64,000 nucleotides of DNA from Candidatus Omnitrophota bacterium (GCA_020057115.1 JAGVGJ010000027.1:5058-69057), one strand, 5' to 3'. Counted from the stretch's first letter, positions 18,753 through 29,384 are shown. Translations and numbers: made by a program. Notes: generated from the sequence alone by a model not told the origin.

Positions 18753-19680
18753 CCTCAGGTCCCTTCGAGGTTTCTTTATCAAAATAATATTCGAGTTCCT
18801 TGTCGCTATATTCACAGAATGGCCTTCCGCGCCTGTCTTTTATGACAAAGTCGAATTTATCTGAGCGCACAGGATTGATCCCATGCTTTCTTATGAATGC
18901 AATCAGCGACTTGTAAAGCGTCTTATTGTTTTCGCGTATTTTAATGTAACGCGCTTCATCTTTGAAGAAATCAGCATCTTTAAGCCTTCTGTTATGATGC
19001 ACCGCGATCACGTTATGATCGCATGCCAGCAGCCAGCCCTTTTTTCTCGCTCTTATCGATAGATCATAATCTTCGTATCCGTTCAGAAATCTTTCGTCAT
19101 AGGAAACATTTTCGAGGAGCTTGCGCCTGAACAGGGTAGCCCCGCCTGAAACATAGTCACAAAAGAGAAGGCCGTTCTTACCGGGTTTTCTGTGACGGGA
19201 GGTTCCGCTGTCCATAAAAAAAGCGATGTAACCTTTCCTGCTCATCTTGCCGTCAATGGTGAATCTTTCAATGAATCCGCCGTTAAGCAGCGTTTTTCCT
19301 GCCGGCGATATGCAGCGCGCCTGTAAGGCGCCCAGCTTATTATTACGCCTCATGTCGCATGTCAGCTTCTCGAGCCATCCTCTGTCGAATGTCATGTCAT
19401 TGTCGGACTGAAAGATCAGATCAGACCTGGAGGAACATAAACCCAAGGCCTTTTTACGGCCTCTTGCGCATCCTATATTTTCCCTTAAAAATAGCACTTT
19501 AAGGCTGGGGAATGATAGGCTCTTCAGGTAGCTCTTTGTTATTTTATTGGAATTCTGGTCTAGAATGATGACTTCGAAAGGCGTTTTATCAGGATCCGTA
19601 TTCCAGTAAATTGAATTTATGCAGTTTTTGATATCATTGCGCCTGTCCAGCGACAGGATCGCAATGGAGGTCATCGCCAT
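18742..19680 (-). CDS. Glycosyltransferase family 2
   Basis: EVIILDQNS, ENIGCARGR, SDNDM, GYEDYDL. Confidence 0.88.
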   Translation of the reverse strand: MAMTSIAILSLDRRNDIKNCINSIYWNTDPDKTPFEVIILDQNSNKITKSYLKSLSFPSLKVLFLRENIGCARGRKKALGLCSSRSDLIFQSDNDMTFDRGWLEKLTCDMRRNNKLGALQARCISPAGKTLLNGGFIERFTIDGKMSRKGYIAFFMDSGTSRHRKPGKNGLLFCDYVSGGATLFRRKLLENVSYDERFLNGYEDYDLSIRARKKGWLLACDHNVIAVHHNRRLKDADFFKDEARYIKIRENNKTLYKSLIAFIRKHGINPVRSDKFDFVIKDRRGRPFCEYSDKELEYYFDKETSKGPEAIL

Positions 19681-19700
19681 TTTTTTGTCATCTCAGTATA

Positions 19701-21191
19701 TTATTTTGCCTTTCGCAATAATTCGGCGACTTTTAAATCTATGCTTTCCAGTATGTCCTCGGATATGGCGCGCCACTCTTTAAGAAGCGGCGCAGTTATC
19801 TCTATCCTTCGAGGCTCCGGGTTGTCGACATAATTTTCGTAAGTCTTCTCTATCCATGAGGCATCTTTGCCATAGTGCCTTATATATTCCGCGACCGTTT
19901 CTCGCGGAGTCGTGGTGATCATGCCGTGGTCAAGGAAAAGTTGCGTAGCGGGCAGCGTGCAATACAAAAGCGATATTATGCGTTGAACATAAAGCTGGTC
20001 TCCCATAAAAGCATTTCTTACGGTGCTTGGGAGCCTGGAAGAGAAAGCCATTATATTCTCGAATAAGGCGCTTGCGGTAGGTTCTCTCAAGAGATCCATC
20101 ATGTCATCGCCGCAGACGATCTCGCCATGCCTCTTCAGGTAATAGTATTCTACTGGCAGGCAGTAGGGGTTATGAAATGTATTCAGGTACGATAGTCCGG
20201 AAGACCTGATAAAATTTGGACGGTCTGAAATGAAACATATCCTATGCTTTGTGATCGCGCCAAAGAGGGGATGAGGCGGAAACCCGGCGCTGTCCGATAT
20301 GGCCTTTAAACATGCCGTATCCGGCGCGCGATCATCAAGTATAAAATATAGAAAATATCCAAAATCCGTGCAGGGCGCCGAAGCTAAAAGCACGGATCTT
20401 ACGGTCCCGTTCTGCTTATCGCAAAAATCCGCTATGGAAGGTCGAAGCTGTTCAAGGATGGCTGCTTTGTTCTTTTGAGGGTAGCGCGCATCCGTTAATC
20501 TCATTGATAAGCCGGCATGGATGGCGCAGGCACGATCCGTATTCACGCGCTCCTCTATCTGCAAGACGGCGCCTAGGTGCATATTTGTGAATTTCTCCAT
20601 CATGGCGGCGTCGAATCGCATATTTGCGCCGTTCGCGATCTGCACGTACAGGCGGCAGGCATTGCGAATATCTACGGGACGCTTATCCTCGCCGCCTAGA
20701 AGCATTTTGCAAAAAGCATAATTCGCGGTCTCATGGACGCCCGGCGTCAATTTTTTTGAGAGCTTTATGAAGTTGTTGCAAAAATGCCTGACGATGCTGG
20801 GTGTCCTTATCTCATTTGCAGTGTAGTACATATCTGTAAAGCTGTTGAAGAAACAGAATATCCAGTTATTGCGCTCGCTATCCTGGCGAGCGGGCTTGAG
20901 CGCAAGGCGCATCTTCGCGGGTATTACGGGTATCGAGTGTTGATATTTTGGGTTGACGCTCATTTCGAGAGAGTTCTTTAATTCCGCGGCCTTCCATATA
21001 ACGAAGTACATTGCAACAATACTCATTCTGCGAAAACCGTCTAGGAATGCCATGAGATCGGCCGTATCTTCAGCGGAAGCATTGTCTTTTATGACGACCC
21101 CGATATCTATATCGCTCGATCCGCACACCGTATCTTCTTTGTATTTCTTGTCCGTATATACACAAATGACATTTTTATTGAAAGAAAGCAT
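19701..21191 (-). CDS. Nucleotidyltransferase-domain protein (possibly 5'-truncated)
   Basis: GSSDIDIGVVI Pol-beta NTase motif near the N-terminus; 496-aa ORF. Confidence 0.6.
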   Translation of the reverse strand: MLSFNKNVICVYTDKKYKEDTVCGSSDIDIGVVIKDNASAEDTADLMAFLDGFRRMSIVAMYFVIWKAAELKNSLEMSVNPKYQHSIPVIPAKMRLALKPARQDSERNNWIFCFFNSFTDMYYTANEIRTPSIVRHFCNNFIKLSKKLTPGVHETANYAFCKMLLGGEDKRPVDIRNACRLYVQIANGANMRFDAAMMEKFTNMHLGAVLQIEERVNTDRACAIHAGLSMRLTDARYPQKNKAAILEQLRPSIADFCDKQNGTVRSVLLASAPCTDFGYFLYFILDDRAPDTACLKAISDSAGFPPHPLFGAITKHRICFISDRPNFIRSSGLSYLNTFHNPYCLPVEYYYLKRHGEIVCGDDMMDLLREPTASALFENIMAFSSRLPSTVRNAFMGDQLYVQRIISLLYCTLPATQLFLDHGMITTTPRETVAEYIRHYGKDASWIEKTYENYVDNPEPRRIEITAPLLKEWRAISEDILESIDLKVAELLRKAK

Positions 21192-21227
21192 CAGCGATAG
21201 GATGAAGGTTATGCGGAACCAGAATTT

Positions 21228-22169
21228 TTGAAGTGGATAGAGATCGATTTTTCATATTTCAAGCGGGATAGCCAGGGATCCGATCTGCATCTTCATGTTT
21301 TTAAAGAGACCAGGCGCATAGAGGAGATCCCGGGGATGGTGGCGGTATTCTCCACGCCGCGGAATGTTTGCTATTACAAGGACGGGGTTACTTACATAGA
21401 CTATTTCGGGAGGGGGCTGGCTATATACGACAGAAAGTCCGGTCGTGTTGATATATATTCCGAAGATCCCGTGATAATACATTCCGCCTCTTACGAGTCC
21501 ATTCTATCGCTTGTCGGCCAGTATCTGGATGGCAAGGCCTGGCATCGCATACATGGCGTGGGTTTTGATGTAAATGGAAAAGCTGCGATAGTCATGCTGG
21601 ACAGCGGTTCCGGCAAGACCGAGCTTGCCATGAGGTTTTTGCGCTCAAAGGCTCCGCAAAAACTCATATCCGAAGATACTCCCCTTGTTACTAGAGAGGG
21701 TAAAGTTTTGCCATTCCCGCTTCGGATAGGCGTAATAAATGCCGAAGCTATTGCGGACATACCGGAAAGCGCGAAGGTCTATTTTCCCAGAACGGAGTTC
21801 GGCCCTAAATATCTGGCAGATGTCACATATTTTAAGGACAAAATAGCCACCAAAAGTTCTTCCGCGTGGATCCTTGTTATGGGAAAGCGCTCCACGCTGG
21901 ACGAGCCTAAAATATATGCCGTACCAAAGATAGCGGTACTCGGCAATGTCTTTAAAAATCATATAATGGGTTTGGGCGTATATCATGGCCTGGAGTTCAT
22001 ACTTAAGGCTACTCCTTTCGATTTATTCAAAAAGACAGGCCTGGTATTTTCGAGGATCATCAACAGCATAATATTGATAGCGCGCTCCAGGACTTTCTCT
22101 CTGATACTTTCAAAGGATACGGAGAAGAATTGCGCGCTCTTAGAGAAATTCTTTCAGGAGCAGCAATAG
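21228..22169 (+). CDS. HPr kinase-like P-loop protein (possibly 5'-truncated)
   Basis: RIHGVGF...DSGSGKTELA...LISEDTPLV pattern of the HPrK C-terminal domain. Confidence 0.65.
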   Translation: MKWIEIDFSYFKRDSQGSDLHLHVFKETRRIEEIPGMVAVFSTPRNVCYYKDGVTYIDYFGRGLAIYDRKSGRVDIYSEDPVIIHSASYESILSLVGQYLDGKAWHRIHGVGFDVNGKAAIVMLDSGSGKTELAMRFLRSKAPQKLISEDTPLVTREGKVLPFPLRIGVINAEAIADIPESAKVYFPRTEFGPKYLADVTYFKDKIATKSSSAWILVMGKRSTLDEPKIYAVPKIAVLGNVFKNHIMGLGVYHGLEFILKATPFDLFKKTGLVFSRIINSIILIARSRTFSLILSKDTEKNCALLEKFFQEQQ

Positions 22170-23045
22170 ATGGCATCCGCAACAGCAGTGTCCGTGGTAG
22201 TTCCCGTATATAATTCCGAGAAAACTCTCGAGGCATGCATACAGTCCTTGCTGGATATCGATCATCCAAAAGGGTCCATGGAGCTCATATTTGTGGATAA
22301 TGGATCGACTGATTCCACTCCCGAGATCCTGAAGCGATATGCAGATAAGATCATCCTGCTTTCCGAAAAAAAACGCGGGCCAGCTGCGGCCAGGAATCGC
22401 GGGATCAAAGCTGCGACATGCGGGATAATAGCTTTCACGGATTCGGATTGCGTTGTCGACAAGAGTTGGCTGCGCGAGCTGGTCAAACCGCTGGAGGATC
22501 CGGCGGTTGGTATTACCGGAGGCAAGATACTCGCAAAGCAGCCATGCAATGAGATCGAGAAGTTCGGCGAAGATATACACGATCACTATAAGGCCCTCAA
22601 CATATATAAGCCGCCATACGCCATAACCATGAACTGGGCTTCAAGGCTTTCGACGCTAAAGGAAGCCGGACTATTTGACGAAGGATTGCTTAGAGGGGAA
22701 GATTCTGATCTGTCGTATAGGATATGTCAGGCCGGCTATAAAATGGCCTATGTTCCGGAAGCTGTCATATGCCATGAGAACGAAAAAGGCCTGAAAGGGT
22801 TGTTCATGGAAGGGTTTGCGCACGGATTCTATTCCGTTCAGCTGCTGAAGAAACATAAGGATCTTGTGAAGCGCGCCGGTCATCGCAGGTTTGTCGCAAA
22901 TGATTATGTCGTTATATTATCCGGCATTTTTGATATCCTGTTGCGCCGAAGCAAGATCAGCTCGACTTGCGCAACTGTTTTTAACCTAGGCAAAAAGATC
23001 GGCAAGATCCTAGGTTCATTCCGGTTTTTTTACGTGGAATTGTGA
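22170..23045 (+). CDS. Glycosyltransferase family 2
   Basis: VSVVVPVYN, VDNGSTD, GPAAARNRG, FTDSDC, GEDSDL. Confidence 0.93.
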   Translation: MASATAVSVVVPVYNSEKTLEACIQSLLDIDHPKGSMELIFVDNGSTDSTPEILKRYADKIILLSEKKRGPAAARNRGIKAATCGIIAFTDSDCVVDKSWLRELVKPLEDPAVGITGGKILAKQPCNEIEKFGEDIHDHYKALNIYKPPYAITMNWASRLSTLKEAGLFDEGLLRGEDSDLSYRICQAGYKMAYVPEAVICHENEKGLKGLFMEGFAHGFYSVQLLKKHKDLVKRAGHRRFVANDYVVILSGIFDILLRRSKISSTCATVFNLGKKIGKILGSFRFFYVEL

Positions 23046-24346
23046 GGTTGTCGATGAGGTTTTTTAAGGAGCCGGAAGCTGTGCCGCGCCCGCGCAAAAT
23101 ACTCTATTATTTCTGGTGGTTCCCGGAGCTGAGCGAGATATTCATACGCAGGGAGATAATGGAGCTTAAATCGCTTGGATTGGATGTGGAAATATGGTCT
23201 CAGATACCGGCTCATGACCAGGACCTGGGCCCGGAAGCGCGCAGATTGGGTTCGGACGCTCATTATCTGTATCCTCATTTAACCAAAGAGAATGAGGGTA
23301 AGTGTTTCAGTTATTTTTTCAGGAAAAGGCCGCTGGTCGTAATAAGGCTGCTGGTCTTTATTTTTTTGCGCAGATACAGGAGCGCAAGGCATCGAGCGAT
23401 AGGGATCGAACACTTCACAAAGGGCCTGGTCCTCGCAAGGAACATTGAAAATCGAGGTGTCGCGCATATACACAGCCCCTGGTCGGATTTTACGGCCATA
23501 ACTGCATTGGTAGCCTCTAGATTATTGAGCATAACCTATAGCATAGACGCTCGATCATTCGAACTATATAGGAACACTGAAGGTTTTATGCTTCCCGAAA
23601 AGGTAAAATATGCAAAATTCGTGAGAGTGAATTCTCGCTATAACAGGGACCATCTGAATGCGCTTACTAAAGGCAGATATGCAGGAAAGATACATGTTAT
23701 CTACGGCGGCCTTGACTTGAGCCGGTTCGTTGGGGTAGGAGACAAGGGTCGAATCTCCGCAGGGTTACGCATACTTTCCGTCGGAAGGATAATAGAGGAG
23801 AAGGGGTTCCACGTATTGGCTAAAGCCTTAAAGATCCTGGAAGGGAAAGGTGTGGATCTCAAGTGCGAGATCGTGGGAGGGCTTCCTGAGAATGATGCGT
23901 ATCACGAAACGCTCGAACGCCTTATTCTGGACCTTGGCTTGAAAGATAAGATGACTCTTTCGGGATCTCAGCCCCTTGAATTTGTAATGAAAAAATACAG
24001 GGAAGCGGATATTTTCGTACTGCCATGCGTTGTGGCGCAGAACGGCGGCAGGGACAATATCCCTAATGCGCTGAAAGAGGCGATGGCGATGAAGCTCGCA
24101 GTCATTTCTACTGATATAACCGGCATGCCGGAGTTGGTCGACAATGGCAAGAACGGCATTCTTGTTCCGGAGAATGACGTAGAAGCATTGGCGACGGCTA
24201 TAGGTAATCTGGCGAAGAATAAGGAGATCGCGACGAAGTTGGGCGAGAACGCGCGAATCAAGATCGAGGAAAAGTTCGATCTATCCAAGAATGCAGGCAG
24301 GCTATACGAACTGTTGGTTGACGGGTATTCCGCCAGGGAAGCATAG
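23042..24346 (+). CDS. Glycosyltransferase family 4 (WcaL-like)
   Basis: FPELSEIFIRREI, SVGRIIEEKG, DNIPNALKEAMA. Confidence 0.9.
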   Translation: MRLSMRFFKEPEAVPRPRKILYYFWWFPELSEIFIRREIMELKSLGLDVEIWSQIPAHDQDLGPEARRLGSDAHYLYPHLTKENEGKCFSYFFRKRPLVVIRLLVFIFLRRYRSARHRAIGIEHFTKGLVLARNIENRGVAHIHSPWSDFTAITALVASRLLSITYSIDARSFELYRNTEGFMLPEKVKYAKFVRVNSRYNRDHLNALTKGRYAGKIHVIYGGLDLSRFVGVGDKGRISAGLRILSVGRIIEEKGFHVLAKALKILEGKGVDLKCEIVGGLPENDAYHETLERLILDLGLKDKMTLSGSQPLEFVMKKYREADIFVLPCVVAQNGGRDNIPNALKEAMAMKLAVISTDITGMPELVDNGKNGILVPENDVEALATAIGNLAKNKEIATKLGENARIKIEEKFDLSKNAGRLYELLVDGYSAREA

Positions 24347-26419
24347 ATGAATGACAGAGACAAGATAACGGTCCTGATGACACTTAAAGACCAGAAGCGC
24401 GAATTTCTGACCGCTGCCATAGATTCTGTCATCCAGCAGAGTTCGCCCGACTGGTTCTTTCTGGTGATAATAGACTTCGATACGCCCGATCACGTGAAAG
24501 ATATAATACGCGCTTACTGCAAAGACCCTCGCGTCAAGATGCTGGTCTCCGACAGAGATGCGCCGCCAGGTTTAGCCAGGGGATTGAACATAGGGATGAA
24601 AGAAGCAGTAACAGATTTTGTGTGCATTCTGCTAAGCGACGATCTCATGAATAAGGACGCGATCGCTATTCTAAAAGAGTATATTAAAAAATATCCCGGC
24701 GTGGATTTCTTCTATTCCTCGAGAGCGTTCATCGATTCGAAAGGAGTTGTCAGATCGCCGATCATATGCAGCACTCCTCCGATATTTGCCATAGATAATC
24801 TTAAAAAAGCAGGGTGTCCCGCAAAGCATCTATTGTGCTGGCGCAGGTTGAAGGGCGCGGAGGCCGGCGGAATGGATGAAGAGTTTGGATTGCATGGTTG
24901 CGATGATTTTGATTTCCCATGGACTATGGCGGATCGAGGGTGCACATTCAAAGCCGTAGACGAACGCCTTTATTACTACAGGAATCATGATGATTTTTAT
25001 AGATTGACGACCCATATTCCCATGATGCATCAGGTTGAGATATTGCGAAAGATATTTAAAAAACACCGCGTATCAGAAAAAGATGCCGAAGAGTATATCG
25101 CGGCTGCGATGCGGGGATATCTTGTGAATGACAAGCTGGTCAATTATGAAAAAGACACGTCATGGCATGTAATGTCTGCCGGTTTCAGGACCGCTGATGG
25201 CAAGGCGGCAGAGTTCGTCGATAAGGGGTTCGAAAAAAGCCGTTTTTTCCCGCATAAAACATATTATCTGCCCAAGGCCGGACCGGATGGCATGCAGAAT
25301 GCTGTCAAGATGTGCGGGGTAAGCGATCCCGGCAAGCTGTTCGAGGCGGTGATGTATGCCGAGGATGGTCTTATGGCGAGCGCCAACTTAATTGTAAAGG
25401 GCGACGCGCTCTACGCGAATAATCTATCATCCGACGTTTTCCAAGGAATATCGCAAAGGCCGGAGCATGAGGCCGGAGTAGAAAATAAGCTAAATGGTCG
25501 GGCTGATATGTTATTGAACAGCGTAATGAATTTCGCATTAGAGAGGCATATCAAGAAAGTCTATCTTCCCGCGGCAGATCTTTTGTCGCGCTACAGGGCG
25601 AACAAAAGCGGATGGCCGGGCAGGGGCGGGTGGTGGGTCGTAGATCTTAAAAAGAATATGGACAGGATAGTATTGCTTGAAAAAAAAGAGGAGTCCGTAG
25701 AGCAATTCAAGACGATATGCGTATGTCATGATATTGAGCACGGCCTGGGATATGCCGACACAGATCAGCAATTTAAGGCAATTGCGGACAAAGAGTCTCC
25801 CGGAGCCATACTTGAAATGCTGAAGATCGAACGGGAGATGAATGTCAAGGCAACTTATAACATCGTGGGATGTCTTTTCGACAGGTGGCGCTCGCCTATA
25901 GAAAAAGACGGTCACTGCATAGCATTCCATTCTTTCGACCATAAGATCGATAGCTCCGGATGCGAGAATCCAGGTTTACGATCATTCGATGACCCTAAAG
26001 GGCAATTGCATAAATGCCGGTCTATCGATCGTCGGATAAAAGGATACAGGATACCTCGATCCAGGATAACCCCGGAATTGACAGACGAGAATCTGGCTTA
26101 TCATAATTTTGAATGGCTGGCAACCTCCACCGATTGTATTAAACAGGATTTTCCGAAAATGCAAAACGGCATAGTGAAGATACCTGTCTTGTTCGACGAT
26201 TCCGCTATGCATAATAATAAGCTCAGATACGAGGAATGGGAAAATATGGCCATCGAGACCATAAAGAGCAATTATTTTGTGGCATTCGGACTGCATGATT
26301 GTTATGCGCAATACTGGCTGCCTCATTATGGGGAATTCCTCAAGAAGATATCATCGCTCGGCACTCTCAGGACAATGAACGAAGTCGCCGGTGATGTGAT
26401 AATCGGAAGCGCTGTTTAA
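24347..26419 (+). CDS. GT2 domain fused to an unknown domain and a polysaccharide deacetylase-like domain
   Basis: N-terminal GLARGLNIG/LSDD/GCDDFD; C-terminal CHDIE, ATYNIVG, FHSFDH, GYRIP, GLHD (NodB-like). Confidence 0.75.
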   Translation: MNDRDKITVLMTLKDQKREFLTAAIDSVIQQSSPDWFFLVIIDFDTPDHVKDIIRAYCKDPRVKMLVSDRDAPPGLARGLNIGMKEAVTDFVCILLSDDLMNKDAIAILKEYIKKYPGVDFFYSSRAFIDSKGVVRSPIICSTPPIFAIDNLKKAGCPAKHLLCWRRLKGAEAGGMDEEFGLHGCDDFDFPWTMADRGCTFKAVDERLYYYRNHDDFYRLTTHIPMMHQVEILRKIFKKHRVSEKDAEEYIAAAMRGYLVNDKLVNYEKDTSWHVMSAGFRTADGKAAEFVDKGFEKSRFFPHKTYYLPKAGPDGMQNAVKMCGVSDPGKLFEAVMYAEDGLMASANLIVKGDALYANNLSSDVFQGISQRPEHEAGVENKLNGRADMLLNSVMNFALERHIKKVYLPAADLLSRYRANKSGWPGRGGWWVVDLKKNMDRIVLLEKKEESVEQFKTICVCHDIEHGLGYADTDQQFKAIADKESPGAILEMLKIEREMNVKATYNIVGCLFDRWRSPIEKDGHCIAFHSFDHKIDSSGCENPGLRSFDDPKGQLHKCRSIDRRIKGYRIPRSRITPELTDENLAYHNFEWLATSTDCIKQDFPKMQNGIVKIPVLFDDSAMHNNKLRYEEWENMAIETIKSNYFVAFGLHDCYAQYWLPHYGEFLKKISSLGTLRTMNEVAGDVIIGSAV

Positions 26420-26441
26420 ATTTATTCAGGAAGAGATCAAG

Positions 26442-27584
26442 ATGAACATACTGTTTGAGACCATCAGCTATCATCCGATGAAAGGCGGCGCGGAATTAAT
26501 GATCGAGAGGCTCGCTATCGAGTTTATGCGGCTCGGTCATAATGTTACCGTCGTCACCCAGAGATATCCGGATTCCCTCCCGGAATTTGAGAGGCGGAAC
26601 GGCATAGATATCATACGATTGAAATATCCTCCGGATAATGTCACGAACAGAAAACGCATCATTCCGTTTATCCGCATATCCTGGCCGGTTACATTGGCTA
26701 TAAAAAAGATAATAAGCGCAAGGAATATCGACGTTGTGTGCGTCGGATTATTGGGCACGGGCTCCATCTCTGCCGTCTTACTGAAATATGTAATGCGTTT
26801 TAAATTTGTTCTTTATCTTCACGGCGGAGAGATCAGGAAAGACAGGCATGTCTCAAAATTGAAGAAACTTATCCTGACCCTGTGCCTTCGGAAAGCGCGT
26901 GTCGTGATAGCGGTCTCAAACAGATTAAAAGAGGAAGCCGTTAAATTTGCGCCTTTCGCAGGAAAGAAAATGCACTTTCTACCTAATGGCGTTGATTTTA
27001 AAAAGATCAGAGCCTGCCCCGGGCATTCTCATCCTCGTGATTATATCCTTTATGTCGGACGATTTCATCCGGTCAAAGGAACCGATATTCTGATAAACGC
27101 TTTTCATTCTATCTCAAGCCAAGTTCCGGGATTGGACCTTTTTATGATAGGGGTTGAGTATGAGGACCGTGGAGTGGAGAAGGGCCTGAGGCAGATGGTC
27201 TCCGAATACGGGCTGGAGAACAGGGCGTTCTTTCTGGGCTCGAAAGAGCAGGAAGAGGTCTATTCGCTCTTAAATTCATGCAAATTCATGGTCATGCCTT
27301 CTCATGCGGAAGGATGTCCGCTTGTATTGCTGGAGGCGCTGGCGGCGAATAAGGCAGTTATCGGAAGCAATGTAAAAGGCATCGCGGAGATCATCGAGAA
27401 TGGCAAGAATGGCATCCTTTTTCCGGAAGGCGACTCCAAAGAGCTGGGGAGATTGATCGTGGAATATTATACGGACAAACAAAAGCTAAATTCTATAGAG
27501 GAAAACATCAAGAGAGCCTGTTTTGAAGACAAGTACGATATAGCCAGCATAGCGGCCAAGCACCTCTCCTTATACGCGCGTTAA
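26442..27584 (+). CDS. Glycosyltransferase family 4
   Basis: GGAE, PNGVD, VGRFHPVKG, EGCPLVLLEA. Confidence 0.93.
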   Translation: MNILFETISYHPMKGGAELMIERLAIEFMRLGHNVTVVTQRYPDSLPEFERRNGIDIIRLKYPPDNVTNRKRIIPFIRISWPVTLAIKKIISARNIDVVCVGLLGTGSISAVLLKYVMRFKFVLYLHGGEIRKDRHVSKLKKLILTLCLRKARVVIAVSNRLKEEAVKFAPFAGKKMHFLPNGVDFKKIRACPGHSHPRDYILYVGRFHPVKGTDILINAFHSISSQVPGLDLFMIGVEYEDRGVEKGLRQMVSEYGLENRAFFLGSKEQEEVYSLLNSCKFMVMPSHAEGCPLVLLEALAANKAVIGSNVKGIAEIIENGKNGILFPEGDSKELGRLIVEYYTDKQKLNSIEENIKRACFEDKYDIASIAAKHLSLYAR

Positions 27585-27611
27585 CTTTTAGCGCCCATCC
27601 TTTTAATTTAA

Positions 27612-27640
27612 TTGCAAAATTTGGCGTAATAGTATATAAT
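27612..27640 (+). promoter_or_regulatory. Sigma70 promoter of the ilv-leu operon
   Basis: TTGCAA(27612-27617)-N17-TATAAT(27635-27640). Confidence 0.75.
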
Positions 27641-27650
27641 TCAACGTTAT

Positions 27651-27678
27651 ATTTAACATAATATGAATTAAATCATCG
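27651..27678 (-). other. dif-like XerCD recombination site candidate
   Basis: Minus strand CGATGATTTAA-TTCATA-TTATGTTAAAT; right arm equals the E. coli dif XerD arm with a 6-bp spacer; left arm poorly conserved. Confidence 0.4.
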
Positions 27679-27728
27679 ATTATATACTGAAATTCAGCTG
27701 CATTTACAACTTGAAGGGGAAACTTGGT

Positions 27729-29384
27729 ATGAAGAGCGATAAGATAAAGAAAGGTATTGAGCGGGCAGGGGCAAGGTCTCTTTTATATGCTACAGGCATA
27801 TCAAAAGAGGATATGGCCAAGCCATTTATAGCTATTGTCACCTCCAGAAGCGACATAATCCCGGGCCATATACACATGCCCAGGCTCGAGCGCTTTATTG
27901 AGCGCGGGGTCGCGGCCGGAGGCGGCGTGCCATTTGTTTTCGGCGTTCCCGGCATATGCGACGGCATTGCCATGGGCCATTCCGGGATGAGGCATTCGCT
28001 CCCTTCGCGTGAGCTTATCGCCGATATGATAGAAACTGTGATGAAGGCCCACCAGCTCGATGGCATGGTCTGCCTTACCAATTGCGACAAGATAACGCCC
28101 GGCATGATGATGGCTATAGGAAGATTGAATATTCCGGCCCTGGTCGTGACCGCAGGCCCGATGATGAGCGGGAATCTTAAGGGTAGAAGGCTTTCCCTTG
28201 TCAAAGATACATTTGAGGCTGTCGGACGCTGCAAGAGGGGCGAGATAACCCAGGATGAGCTTGCCGCTCTTGAGATGTGCGCGTGTCCGGGCGCCGGCGC
28301 TTGCCAGGGGCTATATACGGCCAATTCCATGGCTTGTTTTACCGAGGCATTGGGTTTGAGCTTGCCAGGTTGCGCTACGGCGCTGGCTGTTTCTGCCAAA
28401 AAGGACAGGATAGCCCAGGCAACTGGCGAGAAGGTCGTCCAGCTTGTCAGGCGAAATACCCTTCCCAGAACGATACTAAAGAAAGAAGCTTTCATGAACG
28501 GCATCAAGGTCGATATGGCTTTAGGCGGTTCGACTAATACCGTATTACATGTTATTGCCGTTGCAAAAGAGTTCGGCGTCAATATAACACCTGACACTTT
28601 TGACCAGGTGTCTAAAGAGACGCCGCATATTGCTAACATATTGCCCGGTGGCGAGCATTTTATGGAGGATCTAGATTCCGCTGGCGGTATCCCGGCCATC
28701 ATGAAGAGGATGAAACTCCAGCTCAATGATGTCATGACTATGGGTGAGAAGACCGTGAGCCAGATAGCCAATGATGCCCAGATACTAGACGAGAATGTCA
28801 TACGCGATTACAAGAATGCCTACCACAAAGAGGGCGGCATTGCGGTCTTGAGGGGTAATCTGGCTCCGGAGGGCTCTGTCATAAAACAGACAGCGGTTTC
28901 CGACAAAATGATGAAATTCACAGGAAAGGCCTGCGTCTTCGATTCGGAAGAGAAGGCGATGGAAGCGATAATGGGCGGCCATATCAAGAAGGGCGATTGC
29001 GTCGTTATCCGGTACGAAGGGCCGAAAGGCGGTCCCGGGATGCGTGAGATGCTCTCTCCGACGGCTGCCATAGTCGGTATGGGCCTTGCGGATGATGTCG
29101 CGCTTATCACAGACGGCCGTTTCTCGGGCGGGACTCAAGGGCCCTGCATAGGCCATATTTCGCCGGAGGCTGCCGTGGGCGGGCCCATAGCCGCCTTAAA
29201 GGACGGCGATGGCATAGTCATCGATATCCCTGCAAGAAAGCTTGAAGTTATGCTGACCGATGAAGAGATAAAGAAGCGCCTTGCATCATGGAAGGCGCCG
29301 GAGCCGAAAGAGACCGAAGGGTATCTCGCCAGATATGCAAAGATGGTCGGCTCTGCATCAGAAGGAGCAATGTTAAAAGCATGA
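27729..29384 (+). CDS. ilvD: Dihydroxy-acid dehydratase
   Basis: [38 protein letters not shown]. Confidence 0.97.
   Translation: MKSDKIKKGIERAGARSLLYATGISKEDMAKPFIAIVTSRSDIIPGHIHMPRLERFIERGVAAGGGVPFVFGVPGICDGIAMGHSGMRHSLPSRELIADMIETVMKAHQLDGMVCLTNCDKITPGMMMAIGRLNIPALVVTAGPMMSGNLKGRRLSLVKDTFEAVGRCKRGEITQDELAALEMCACPGAGACQGLYTANSMACFTEALGLSLPGCATALAVSAKKDRIAQATGEKVVQLVRRNTLPRTILKKEAFMNGIKVDMALGGSTNTVLHVIAVAKEFGVNITPDTFDQVSKETPHIANILPGGEHFMEDLDSAGGIPAIMKRMKLQLNDVMTMGEKTVSQIANDAQILDENVIRDYKNAYHKEGGIAVLRGNLAPEGSVIKQTAVSDKMMKFTGKACVFDSEEKAMEAIMGGHIKKGDCVVIRYEGPKGGPGMREMLSPTAAIVGMGLADDVALITDGRFSGGTQGPCIGHISPEAAVGGPIAALKDGDGIVIDIPARKLEVMLTDEEIKKRLASWKAPEPKETEGYLARYAKMVGSASEGAMLKA

Noticed and set aside
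27704-28801. Long minus-strand ORFs opposite ilvD and other genes (also 8764-9666, 44399-45220, 60194-61003)
   Set aside because: Antisense shadows of well-supported + strand genes, with no motifs of their own.
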